From the NCBI GenBank assembly GCA_028023455.1, contig JAQFVV010000011.1, forward strand, positions 1,364,001 to 1,428,000: a stretch of DNA of 64,000 nt, written 5' to 3'. Shown here one piece after another: positions 50,880 through 64,000 of this stretch (positions within the stretch are counted from its first letter, which is position 1; every line of letters begins with the position of its first letter). A program made the translations under genes and the position numbers. The DNA comes from Epiperipatus broadwayi. Lineage: Eukaryota; Animalia; Onychophora. Below the pieces are notes generated by a model. The model saw only the letters and a list, made by a program, of their open reading frames with translations, was not told where the DNA came from and ran no database searches.

Positions 50880-52480
50880 AAAATTAAAAAAAAACCAACG
50901 AGCTGGATTTGATAGTGAGTGATAAAGGTTAGATAGTAAAGATATCCTTACAACTTCGTGAAATTATTAAGATATTGAGGAAATTAACAGTGTATGAACA
51001 TTTTTGTAAATATAAAACAAATTTTTAAAAATATCATTTTTTTATTAAGTACAAAAGGAGTGAGTGAGGAGATTATAGAATTTAACAAATACTTAATGAA
51101 CTTGAAATAAAATAAAAGTCGGTGATTGTGTATGATTTATGAGAGAGCTTAATTTTTGAGAAAATGGATAGAGAGATGTGAAATTAAATAGACAAATAGA
51201 TTAAAAAAGCAAGAGGATTAGATAAACTAGAATAGTAATGGATATAGAAGTTGTAAAAAGTTGATTTAATCGAAAGCTTTAATAATGACAATTTTTTAAT
51301 TGAATGGAAGGATGTGAGAATGAGATTATTATATAAATGAAATGTTTTACGTTTTGACTAGCTATAGATGAATAACAATAATTTCTGTAATTTATAAATT
51401 ATTTACATGTGCCTTAATTGATAGGATTAGGATAGAAAATAATGGCATTTTGAGATTCAGATTAATTTTGTTTATGAAAAAAGATAAATAATCATTTATT
51501 CAGTACATCTCATTTGATTGAAATGTCTTATGAATGAAATAAAAACGTATATACCAAATTTTTAGATATAGAAAAAACGTATGATGGAGTGTGATTTGAT
51601 CAAGTCGGGCTAAGTATTGAGACAAATCTGGAAAACACTATTAATTAATTCGACACCATAAATGAGTTTACTTGAAATAATACATTTAATTTATAAACTG
51701 TTTACAAATATTTGTACTATATTAATACAACAAAAACTAATAATATTTAAAGAATGTATCTGTGGGCTCCAAATGTTCTTTTGAATCGGGCCAGATTTTT
51801 CTCTTATTATGTGTAGTTTTCTTTTTTGTTACTATTGTAGTGTGAAGAGAATTTGTAGGAAGCAGTATATGCAGTTTGGTACAGTTTATAGAGCTTTCAA
51901 TATGGGGTCGGGAGCTCTCAGGATCGATTCTGGCCCACACTTCTTATGAACTCTTGACAATAAAGCCAAGTGCCTTTTTTTTTTATTAATTAGATCTTAA
52001 TTTTTTATTTTTAATGTTAATTAGTTGCTATGGATAAAAAATAACAATTTTTATAATATATACATAATATTTTCTATAATATATACGTACATAACAGAAT
52101 AAATAGAAATATATGGTAGAAAAAATCTCAAAACATGGAGGAAAGACTTAGGAGTGCTAAGAATGACTGTCTTTATAAAAATAAAAAAAATCTAAACACC
52201 AGTTGGATGACATAGAAACGATAGAAGATAAATTATATTGAAATGGGATATCTGCTTTATTAGTTATTTTCTTTCTAGAACTGAAACCTGAAATAGAAAG
52301 ATTAGCAGTAAGAATTGGGATTGCTACAAAGATTAGAGATAAGAATAGGAATTCCTACATTTGGACTGAAAATCATCCAAATTCAGTGAACAAATCTAAA
52401 ATTCTGGCGTTTAATGAAAGGTACAACTAAAGATATAAAAAATAGGATATATGCATTGAAGAAGCAATACAAATAGTAAT
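50880..52480 (+). mobile_element. Degenerate LINE RT relic with a tRNA-SINE head at about 51870-51940
   Basis: WKDVRMRLLYK and FLDIEKTYDGV remnants; B-box-like ggatcgattct. Confidence 0.55.
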
Positions 52481-52548
52481 TATTTGCAGAGAATGTAGCT
52501 AATTCAACTTCAAGGGGAAAAGTTAAAAAACAAAACAAAACAAAAAAG

Positions 52549-55176
52549 GGTACTTGAGTATTAACTAAGCTATGATGTACTACACCAAAGTCATACTATT
52601 CTAATCTTACAATCTTTAAGATAATGTCTCCTAGTGATTTGCGAACGAATTTAATCGATAAAGTTTGCCCGCAGATCACGTGAAGTCACCTTGAAGATTG
52701 CAATATTACAATAGTATGCCTTCGGGGTAGTACGTCATAGCATAGTTAATAGGGAAGAAGAAGTCCAACATCGCCATGTTGGTCATTGCGAAATAATAAC
52801 CTAATAATTTACTACGATAAAAAATTATCAAAAATGAAATATTATAAATAATCATTACAATTCTTTTTTTAGCACTATTTAAATAATCACTTGACCCTGA
52901 AAATGATAAAAAATTATCAAAAATGAAATATTATAAATAATCATTACAATTTTTAATGATATTTAAATAATCATTTGACCATGAAAATGATAAAAAGTTA
53001 TCAAAAATGGAATATTATAAATAATCATCTATAATTTTTTAGGGATATTTAAGTAATCATTCTACCCCCCCCCCAAAAAAAAAACAACAACAACAAAGAA
53101 ATGAACTAATCATATATATATTTTCAGACTAGAAGCCATTGCGAAATAATAACTGATAATTTACTACGATAAAAAATTATCAAAAATGAATATTATAAAT
53201 AATCATTAACAATTTTTTTAACGCTATTTAAAAACTAATCAACGATAGAAAATTATCAAAAATGAATATATTACAAATAATCATTACAACTTTTTTTGAG
53301 GAATATTCAACTAATCATTTGACCCCGAAACAAAAAAATGATCTTTTCTAATTTTCAGTCCAAAAATGAGACGCATTTATTGTTCAAGAACAGCAGTAAT
53401 AATTTACTCCGATAAAAAATGCAATAATAAGTAATAATAATTTTATTACAGTAACATATTATCAAAAATAAATATTATAATCGCAAGATTAGTAACTAAT
53501 ACCAAAAAAGAAGATGTCGCCATGTTGGCCATTGCGAAATAATAACTATTAATAAACTATGATAAAAAGTTTAGCAAAAACGAATATTATAAATAATCAT
53601 TATAAAATAGAAATAAAACAAACTAACTCCTTTTTAAAACTTGTTTTTTATATGACTATTACATGGGAAAAAAAAAAAATCCAATGTTTCGACTATTTTA
53701 TATAGTCTTTTTCAAGGCACACTAAAATAAAATAAATATAACAAATAGCACATATTCTATAAAAATAAATAAATAAAAAAATAAACAAAAAATTACAAAA
53801 TATATTCATAACCAAAAATATACCTTATCTCACTCCCCTTTCCTATTACCAACAAACACAACTCAAAGAGAAACAATTTCCTTTTATTAAAAAAAATAAT
53901 CTATATATATCCTTTAAAACATTTAATTAAAAACCTATTATTTAATTAAATGTTTTAAAGGATATATAGATTTTTTTTTTTAATAAAAGGAAATTGTTTC
54001 TCTTTGAGTTGTGTTTGTTGGTAATAGGAAAGGGGAGTGAGATAAGGTATATTTTTGGTTATGAATATATTTTGTAATTTTTTTGTTTATTTTTTTATTT
54101 ATTTATTTTTATGGAATATGTGTTATTTGTTATATATATATTATTTTATTTTAGTGTGAATTGAAAAAGACTATATAAAATAGTCGAAACATTGGATTTT
54201 TTTTTTTTCCCATGTAATAGTCATATAAAAAACAAGTTTTAAAAAGGAGTTAGTTTGTTTTATTTCTATTTTGGATATTTATGAACTATTTTGAAAAGAA
54301 GAACTCTGTGCTTGATATATTAAATTAGATAATCATTATAATTTTTAGAACGATATTTAACTAATCATTTCACCCTGAAACAAAGAAATGAACTAATCAT
54401 TATAATTTTTTTTCCCCACACTAAAGCATGCGGGCTCCGCCAATTTTTAGTCCAAAAATGAGACACATTTATTTTCAGAACAGCAGTAATAATTTACTCC
54501 GATAATAAACGGACTAATAAGTAATATTTTATTACAATAAAATATTATCAAAAATAAGTATTATAAATAATCTTTATAATTTTTAATGGTATTTAATTAA
54601 TTATTTACATTTTTTTTTATTTTAAAAAAGCAAATTGTTCTCAATTATGAACTACAAATAATTGGCTTTATGAGATAGTGCGATACTGAAATTCAATCGC
54701 TTAATTCTACTTCGGAGAAATGGTAAGTCCCTTTTCTTAGTTTTTGCACAGACATTTTGGTTAATTAGTAATACAATTAGATAAATTAATAATAAAATTC
54801 AATAAATTAGGAATACAATTTGATAAATTAGTAATACAATTTGATAAAATTAGTAAATAAAATCAGCAATAGTTCAACGATCAAAATATAAAATAAGCAA
54901 TCAAAAAATATTCAATTCTTACAATGGCAGATCAGACACTGTAAAAAAAAAAAACACATCTCACTTGGTCAACGCAAGCAGGTAAAAGACAGATATTTAC
55001 CCAGAATTCACCCAAGTATTTTAAAATCTCGAAGGTGACCATGAAAACACATTGACAACTTCTATCAATTAGTCATGCCAATGTTTCAGTTGCCATGACA
55101 TTGTTTTGTTTCTTCGTTGATTATATTTACTGGTGGGCTGTGTAGTATGTCAAAGCTTAGTTAATACTCAAATACC
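52549..55176. mobile_element. Non-autonomous Merlin-like DNA transposon with internal repeats of about 85 bp
   Basis: TIRs GGTACTTGAGTATTAACTAAGCTATGATGTACTACAC / GTGTAGTATGTCAAAGCTTAGTTAATACTCAAATACC; 8-bp TSD caaaaaag at 52541-52548 and 55177-55184. Confidence 0.88.
53604..54272. repeat. Near-perfect palindrome, arms about 330 bp, 9-nt spacer
   Basis: Arms 53604-53931 and 53941-54272 are reverse complements; spacer aacctatta. Confidence 0.95.
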
Positions 55177-56019
55177 CAAAAAAGTAATAAAATACTGAGT
55201 TTTAGGGATAACAGTACAAACTAACCTGTAAGACATCCTGAGAGAAAATGCTGGTTTATTATTCTGTTTGTTTAATATTTTATTAAGCAATCTCAGAATT
55301 TCTTTTGCAATAAAATTTCCTTTTTGAAATATTTCAACACCCAGTACAATTATCTTTCTTCAACCTATTTCATTAGTTGCCATAATCTTGGCAATAGCTA
55401 GTGACATCTACTTGTCAATTTGATTTTGTTCTCAAGAAATTGATAATTTTATTTTACATTCTTCAAGAATTTTCCAGAATAAAATATACAATAAAAACAC
55501 ATCATTAATTTCAAAAATCATTATGCGGCACTTCAACATAAAAGAAAGCATTTAAATTTTTTTTTAAATCTTTCATTTAACAATTTCATTTATTATTTCT
55601 AACGATAAAATTGTATTTCAATAAGGCTATTATGTAGAAACAATAAAATATAACACAATTTTGATATGGCCAGAGCCAAATTAAGTTAATATGGGATTCC
55701 AATTAAATATTTCTTGCGGGGGGGGGGGAGGAGTTCATATTATGACTCTAACTTTTGTAAATAAATAAGCATTTTTAGTGTAAAAAATTAAGTAATTGAA
55801 TAGTATAATTTAAATAAAATATATGTCATCTATAATGAAACAATATAAAACAATGTTTAAAAAACATTTTCTAGTTTTTTGGTCAGATCATTTTAATCAG
55901 AATGTACAGTTACTAGGATATTTTATTTTTTGGTTTTCAGTAATATAGTTTCCAATCTAAATATTTTGTAAGCTCTTCATCACACCTACTTAATCGTCTC
56001 TATATAAGAAATAAACAGT

Positions 56020-57920
56020 GTTTTTTTGTTTGTAGTGGAATTTTTTATTACTGATCATTATAGCATTCTTGTAGAGGCATGTATATCTAAGGATTCTCCT
56101 GAAAGATATGTCCCAATTTTGTCCTGTTCTAAACTAAAAATGAATCTTGAGATGCAAGTGTGGTATCATGCATATTCACCAAAAAGTGTTGAAGCTTTTA
56201 CGGAACTGATAAATATTATGAAGAGCAGTAACATCTTCTGTTCATTTGAAGAATATCCATAAATCATTACTAAAAAGAAATTATTGCATTACAAATAATC
56301 TTAATCATAAAATAAATTATATGAACAAATTAAGCAGAATAATAATGATTTAGGAAAACATGATTTTTTTTTTTTTAAAAAAAGACCTTAAATATATATA
56401 TATATATATAGTTAAGATAAATTACATTTCAAATGAAATAGAATGTATTAAGACAAGTAAAAAAAAAAAAGGATGTTGTTAATAGATTTGTTATGAGGAA
56501 AGTATATTCTTCTATAGAATAAAATAACACTAATAATAATTTACTAGATTGGGTGGGTAATCAGAAGATTGTTGATGTGTCCAACTTATACTTCATTAAC
56601 ATTATCAAATACATCAAAAACCAAATCACATAATATCGATACTTTTATGATGAATAAATGTATTTTAGAGACTTGTAAATGGTGGAGATGGGTTCAGGTG
56701 TGAAGTTTGACTGGGGCAGTACATCCACCAAAATGTAATTCGGGTGTCCTAAGGTGGGCTTGGCAAGATTGAAAACCTCGCTCTGAGTGAAAGAGCAAAT
56801 GCTCACTCGACCTGTATCTTTTGTATGGATGGGTCCCGTGAAAGCATGGTCAATCAATCCTTTCAAACTCTGGATGAAATAATTGCAAGCAAGAGATGTT
56901 GAAAAAGTTAGCACGGGGATAACTGGCTTGTGGTGGCCAAGCATCCATAGCGACATCGCTTTTTAATGAGAAAATTGTTGATGCGTTCAATTTATACTTT
57001 GTTGACATTATCAAATACATCCTAAATCACATAATATTGATTCTTTTATGATAAACAAATATATTTTAAAGACTATGGTGAGCCGGTATATTCAAAAATA
57101 TGAAATTGTTGATGTAATTAGAAATATCAAAAAAGAAACAAAGTGAAAGTAAGAGTGAAATACCCACTTCAATTATATACAAAAATTTGAATACACTGAT
57201 GCCTATTATCATTATTTGCTTATCTTTTTAAAAATGGTATATTTCAACAATGCTTATAATAAGCATTTACACATCTTCAAAAGTGATAAAAAAGAAAACA
57301 TAATTAAACAATCATCCTGCAGTATGTTGTGTCCTCTAACTCAAAGATTTCTGAGATGTGCGTTAAAGAATTCTTTCATTTTTTATGAAATATAAATTTT
57401 TCTCTTTAAAGCAATGTTGTTTTTATCAAAGATATCAATGCAGATGGCATTAAGCAATCATGTGGATTTCATTTCAAATCACTTGATAAAGGACTAAAAC
57501 CAATAGAAGTATATCTAGGCCTAACAAAAGCATTTGACATAATTTCTTATGATAAATTTTGTAATCTCTTTCTTCTGCTGAACTGAGCAGTATTGGTAAG
57601 TGATAAGCTTTTTATTTTCTGGAAAAAAAATATAAACAGTAAAACTTAATAATGTGTTTAATGATTGACTGAATATGGCGTATCAAAAGGTTTGATTTTA
57701 GGAACCCTGTTATTTACCATTTATATCAATGGATTGTTGGACTTAGATATTCACTCAAATATATTCTACAATGTGGATAATATAGGATTAATAACACCAG
57801 CAATAAATTATACTATTTTGATGAAATTATTACATGATGATTTGAATAAAATTGCAAAATGGTTATATAGCCATGGTTTATTATTGAATTATAATAATAA
57901 AACAAAGTACACCTAAACCT
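56020..57920 (+). mobile_element. Degenerate LINE (APE C-terminus to RT)
   Basis: ITDHYSI (APE SDH motif), YLGLTKAFD, GVSKGLILGTLLFTIYINGL. Confidence 0.8.
56683..56966 (+). pseudogene. 28S rRNA fragment (domain V region), diverged
   Basis: caggtgtgaagtttgactggggcagtacat..gtgtcctaagg..gaaaaagttagcacggggataactggcttgtggtggccaagcatccatagcgacatcgcttttt matches conserved eukaryotic LSU sequence. Confidence 0.92.
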
Positions 57921-59879
57921 CACTTAGCAATTGGCTACTTAGTGATATTTCACAATAGCGATCATCATCAATTTGTACCCACTACTTCAATTTACAATCG
58001 ATTATTCACTATAACGATCGGGAATTTTTTTTAAAATTTAGAACGTATAAACTTAAAATATATATAATTAATGAATCTATAATACTATATAAAGTACATA
58101 TAAGTGTTTAATGTCTTTAGAAAAATTAAACTTTATTTAAATATAATGTACAGTTCTTGGAATATTTAAATAAAGTTTAATTTTTCTAAAGACATTCAAC
58201 ACTTACATTAGATGATGAAATAGTCCAATATATAAATATGGTATAGTAAAACTAAAATATCATCACCACAAACTTTCAGGAAAACCTTAATTATTGTATA
58301 TTATTTTTAGAACACCTAGTAATTATGTAAAAATAGTTATTGATTTTGTAACTTCGTTAGAAATGTTGTTTATACTCAAGTGGTTTCAAATCAAAAGAAA
58401 AAACATTTTAAAACAGCTAACATTGAATTTAAAAAGAAAAACAGATTGCATTTAAAATAAGTGTTAATGAATATATTTTTTTAAATATGTACTTTATTCT
58501 AAGTTAGTGTAATTTTTTAGCTTTAGGAACCGATCAATTTTTTCCCCATAGACCCCCATTATAAATATTTATTCTGTATACGATATTCTTGCTTAACGAT
58601 GAGTTTTGGAGAACCAATTGCCATCGCTAAGGAGAATAAAGGTGTATATACGTTTTTATTATAAAAATGATTATATACACAATTTGAAAATAGAATTGAA
58701 AGAATTTAAGTTACTTTCAATTCATATTTTCAATGGGTTAAACACATGTAACATTCTAAAAATGAAACCGAGGCAACTAAATTTTCTCTTCTACTGAATT
58801 TATAAATGAATGTCAGTAAAATTGTAAATAGGATAACAAGGTGGGGAAAAAAAAACCTTTTACTATTAAAACACAGCAAAAAACCAAAATATATTTTAAG
58901 AACTACATTTTTCAATATTTTTATACAAAATATCTTTAGAGAATGCAGCAATAGGTAAATTTAGAACAATATGAAGTTTTTGTTTAAGAGAAAATGGGCA
59001 TAGAGATTTATTCAGAGAATAATATAATGTTTTAAATTTCATATATATTGAGATATTGTAAAATATTCCCCATGCATGATCCTTTTTATAAGTGAGGTTT
59101 CATTATCATTATCAACCATTATCAATCCACTGCAGGATGAAGGTCTATCCAAGTTCAATCCATTTTCTCTAATCATTAGCTTCTCTTCTCCATATTACCC
59201 CTGCCCAAAAAAATCATGTAGCATCCAAGTATCAGAATAGATTGGTCTGTGATCCAGGGACTTTGACTATTAGAGCTTACAACATTACCATGTCCTAAAC
59301 TGCACAGGATATGGTTTATCATAAAAAGAAAATGATTCAATTATGCACCCACACACACATGTTAAATTTTCTATCTATCTTGAATTGGTAGATGAAGCAG
59401 CCTTCTCCAAAGAATGTATTTTGAATTCATATAATTTGAAGGATATGATTGTTATATATAAATATTGAACTGCATAGTAGCTGTTTCAAAGATCGTTTCC
59501 AAAAGTAGAACTTTTGGTTTTATTAAATTGAAAGCATAAAGCTATTTTTTTTTTTTTTAAAAAAATTGTTTATTCGAATGTGTATTTACACATACTCATT
59601 TATATTTAAAATAGATCTTTTTTTATAGAATTGATTTTAAAATGGTTTTCTTTAATCAATTTGATTAAGAGCAAGCAAGCTTGTTAATTACATTCCTGTC
59701 TCTTTTATTTTAATCATTTCTAAGTTCATTCTAAAAGTGGAGATTTAATTTCTTGTGTTGTTGTCTTTGTTTAAAATAATTCCTGGTTGAATTCCTCATT
59801 AGATTGAGATTTGCCCTGCCCTAAGGTGTAGAATTTGACAACAAGAAAAGTTTTCATGGGAAATGTAGCATATAAAATA

Positions 59880-61980
59880 ACCCCGCAAATTTTGGGACAA
59901 TAGTTTTATTCTTGGCTGCAACAAGCTAGTCCAAGTGACTCTTTCAACATTTTTACCATATTGTTAGCATATCAGACATTTAATTTCTTAAAACCATTTT
60001 GCTTTTCCCAAGATGTCAAAAATACTACTGTATATTTTGTAACCAATCAGATGCATTGCTAACTTAAACCAAGACAGACTCACGACTGCCAGCCCTTCTT
60101 CAGTCATGCTATAAAGGAGTAAATAAACTGGATTCCCCAATATGCCTCTACACTTGCTGCTATCAAAATAGAACACCTGAAATATGAACTCAAATAAAAG
60201 TGTGCACTCATGGAAACTACGCGAACTTTGCATTTCCACAAGAAATATTTTCTTTTATTTTTTCCAGAGTATTTTTTAGTTAAATCTCCACTCAATCTCA
60301 AAAATAAATATGTAGCCTCAATAATTATTTAACTTTCTATTTAGTCACTCTACTTTTTTTTCATTGTATTAATAATGTATCTTGGAATCTTAGTTTTAAG
60401 ATTCCAAGTTTGCTTTCAATTTTACTTATTGGAGAGTATCTAGTGAGTTTGTATTTTTATATGCTTAATAATTTCTAATTATATGCCTAACTTTTATAAA
60501 TGCTTTAGCAGTCTTGTGTAATTTTAAATTGGCTCATCTGTATTTATTTTATTATCCACTTATTGATTTAAATTACTGAGTTTGCACTCTTTGCAAACCG
60601 GAAAATCTTTTGGCTGGGGATTTATCGTGCTTATTGTTCTGGTTTTCTGCAGTTAGAGATTTCTTTTATTTTCTAGATTGTAAGATCATAATATTTTTCT
60701 TTTGTCTTGCTCATAAATCGACCCTGAATTGCTTTAAAGGTAGTATATCAGAGGGGTGTTCCAACCAGCATTGATATTCTTGTCTCAATGCATTATTCCG
60801 GGGCAAGAAATGCTCACTGGTGCCGTTTCGTCGGTTTCCCGCAAGACCGCATATTTTTTATATATCTCTGAATTAGGAAGCTAGGTTGTTGTTCTTTTAT
60901 AAGTTGCCAGCAGGAATATATCAATTCCCTTTCTAAATTATAGGTGAACGAATGTTCCTTTCTGCTAAAGTATTTAAGGTTTTCATATTTTCAACTCGTA
61001 CACTCTCTGGTAATTTAATTTACAAAAAGCTAGGTCAGTGTTTATATTTGCTTGCTAGATTTATTTTGTTTTTACGTGTGGCTCTAAATCTTATCAGAGC
61101 ATGTACCCAGAACTTGGTTTGTAAATTTATTGGAAATTATAATTATTTCACTTTCTTGAAATGCTTAGGCAGACATCACTGCTTTTATAATTATTTACTT
61201 GTCTCCTGAGACCTCTTAGCTTAGTTTTGGCTAAACATTTGGTTGGGGGATTCACCAGTTTTAAATATCTGTTTTTCTTAAATCAGACTTAATATTTTAT
61301 TAATTTTAAATCATTTACGCCGGAATATTTTCTCATTTGTCTATTTCATTAAATTGGAGATGTAAGTTTTCTTTCGTTTTATAATTTATACTCTGACGTA
61401 TGCATTTATTTTTGTGTTCTTGCATGGTAATCAACCTTGGTGATCTTAAACATGATTTGTCCATGCAACAATCCTGTGGCATTATGATGTCAGTTGTCAA
61501 TAAGCTATTAATCGCTCATCCACATTGGTTCATTGATTCCCGCAAGAAACTTTCCATTGCTTTTCTTTTTGAATTTTAAATAAGGAAATCAGAATTGCTT
61601 TAGGTGAATGGTCAGCTGAAAGAAATTTGTTCCCTACCTTTTCTAATTCGGTATTTGAAAATTTGTCTGTCTGCCAGAGCGTTGAATTTTATTATTTCTG
61701 GTACATGCCTGATATAACTCTATTTATTGTATTATAAAATTTTACTTTATAATTTATATTTCTCGTAAATAAAATTTGTTTAAACTTAATTTGGATGATG
61801 TTTGTCTTAGTGCTTTTATTTCTCAATTGTCTAAACAATATTTAAGATCTCTTGTTTCTCCCTGAATCTAGTCGGCGCATACCATCATCCTCATCCATGT
61901 TGTTCACAATAAATAAATTTTCCATATAATGTGATGTACTATGGCTTCTCCTTAAACGGAGTCAGGAATCGCTCAGCAAT
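59880..61980 (-). mobile_element. Probable highly degenerate non-LTR retrotransposon
   Basis: A-rich minus strand with a coding-like pattern; no clean motif recovered. Confidence 0.3.
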
Positions 61981-61999
61981 TATACCAAAAGAAACCTGC

Positions 62000-64000
62000 T
62001 AGCCACTTTATTTTCCATTCCCCATTCTAAGTTTTCCCATATTCTGCTCCATCCCATTTCCACAACATAATCTTTGTCAACTCTATAGCCTTTATATCTA
62101 AATCCCCCTTATCTTTTCCCAAACCCAGCATAAAAACCAATAATTCACTTTCTGTATAATCACTTTTTTCATATTTATTCTTCCATAACTTTATTATATG
62201 TACCCTTTCTGTTTTCAAGTATTTACATTCAATTAACAAATGCCTAATATTTTCTATTCATTCCTTACATAATTTACAAATTAAATCACCCATATTTTTC
62301 CATTTACATGTATATTCTCTTGTAGCTAAAGATCCCGTTTGAGCCTTAAACAATAAACTACTTTCCTTACTATTATCATATATTAACTCACACCTAATAT
62401 TGTTTATTTCTTTATATATTTAAACACTTTTTATTCTCCATCTCTCTAACTCCCTATTCTTTATTAATAAATCTATTCTTTTACCCCATTCCTTACTACT
62501 CTAACACTCAACAATCCTCTTAACACAATCATCCCATCATTTGTACAAATATAAATTCTTTACCCAAATCTTTTGCATACCACATTACCTTTCTTACCCA
62601 TCTTGTTACCTGCCCTCTACTCATAACCCAATTAAATACAATTTTGACTATTCTTTTATTATCCATAAACTGCAATCTACCATTTTCATTTTACTTTTTG
62701 CATCTCTCATATGAAAACTTGACCATCCCATTTCTCCTTAAATTGCCTCCCTTGCTGTCCATTACATCTGCATCCAATGCATGTCTTCCTACTTCACTTT
62801 GAACTTTTTCTAAGTAATTTAATACCTCTTTACTAACATATAATGCATCACATGACAACCTCCTCTTATGCTTGGGGATATTGGATGAATAGACACTAGA
62901 TGGGGATTTTATACACAAGCCTTCTGGCATCCATTGATTACTCTAGCTTGCTGTGTGTGGCAATATATATATATATATAGTGTTTTGCCTGTTTTAATAT
63001 AATGCATCATCACCATATGTTAACCCTGCTACCGCAACTCCTTTCCATATAATTCTAGCTACATCATATTTATTATATGAAAACACTATTAATTTCTTTA
63101 TCAATCTCTTTCTTTTCTTTGCTTCATTTATCAATTTTTTCTCCCATTCATCCAAATAATTTTTCTGATTACTTAAAATAATTCCCAAATAACTATATCT
63201 ATTCACCACACTTAACTTAATATCTCCTAATAAAAATTCTACATATTCTCTTTCCCCAGTATTAACCATAATTATATTTAATTTTTCTTCAATAAATTTA
63301 ATCCCCATCTCTTTACCCACCCTTGCACATATACTCAGCATAACTTCCATATCTTCCCTTCTTTCTGCACACAAAAATATATCATCCACAAAAAAAAGAC
63401 CTGACAAAATATATAGTCCCTTACTACCTATTAACGGTATCTTTATACCTCTTCTTAATCTTTCTACTGCTCTTTCCATTTCACTCAAATACAACGCAAA
63501 CATAATAGGTGACATAGGGCATCCTTGCCTTAGCCCACCCCATTTTTAACTTTAACTGATTCTATATTCCCTAATTGATATATATATATATATAATAATT
63601 ATTTTCATATAATTTCTTAATAATATCTATTAAAGCTTCATCCATTTCCAAATTTGCTAAACTTATCCATAATCTATTTACTCTATCATATGCCTTCTCT
63701 ATATCTATAAAATTCATATATAACTGTTTATCCCAATTCCTACTCATATCCATAAGTTGTGTAACTACAAATAAACTATCTCTTATATGCCTATCTAATC
63801 TAAAACCTCCTTGCATTTACCCCACTATATTATTCCCTTCCACCAACAACTCTACTAGCCACCATATACGAGAAAACTTTATATAAAACTGATGTTACCG
63901 CTATCGGTCTATAATTATTTAACTTTCTATGATCCTTACCCTTTCCTTTAAATAATAATCTTACTCTTGTAATACTCCAACTACTTGGGAAAACTCTATT
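62000..64000 (-). mobile_element. LINE RT (L2/CR1-group-like), broken
   Basis: QGGFR..FIDIEKAYDRV (63816-63571); GLRQGCPMSP..LFFVDD..YLGI (63515-62994); the reading continues after the nested insertion. Confidence 0.9.
62851..62996. mobile_element. Hammerhead retroelement family copy inserted in the LINE ORF
   Basis: 13-bp TSD atataatgcatca at 62838-62850 and 62997-63009, which duplicates the LINE codons for DALY. Confidence 0.92.

Noticed and set aside
56645-56956. 103-aa ORF on the minus strand
   Set aside because: It is the antisense of the 28S rRNA fragment.
56683-56966. Functional rRNA gene
   Set aside because: It is only about 280 bp, is mutated at conserved positions, and is embedded in a LINE.

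Overview
AT-rich, repeat-dense eukaryotic (invertebrate, probably arthropod) genomic DNA. The only host gene I can support is the 5' part of a BAP18/C17orf49 orthologue on the minus strand: coding exons at 11519-11502, 11181-11087 and 43-1, with an 11-kb intron 2. The rest is mostly transposon debris: Gypsy gag/protease/pol relics, several LINE relics, tRNA-derived SINEs, a Merlin DNA transposon, two satellite-filled Merlin-like elements, a degenerate Penelope-like element (RT + GIY-YIG), and a 28S rRNA fragment embedded in a LINE. The main discovery is a non-coding, multi-hairpin retroelement family with a monomer of about 440-455 nt. It carries a type I hammerhead ribozyme whose stem III is a self-complementary ACUAGU, which implies dimeric cleavage. 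At least 8 recent copies occur here, plus older copies and sister families. Seven of the eight have 9-15 bp target-site duplications, all are Penelope-style inverted insertions, and two contain more than one head-to-tail monomer. This fits a retrozyme or circular-RNA retroelement system mobilised in trans by Penelope-like RT. All alignments and folds were done by eye; repeat boundaries are approximate unless a TSD is quoted.
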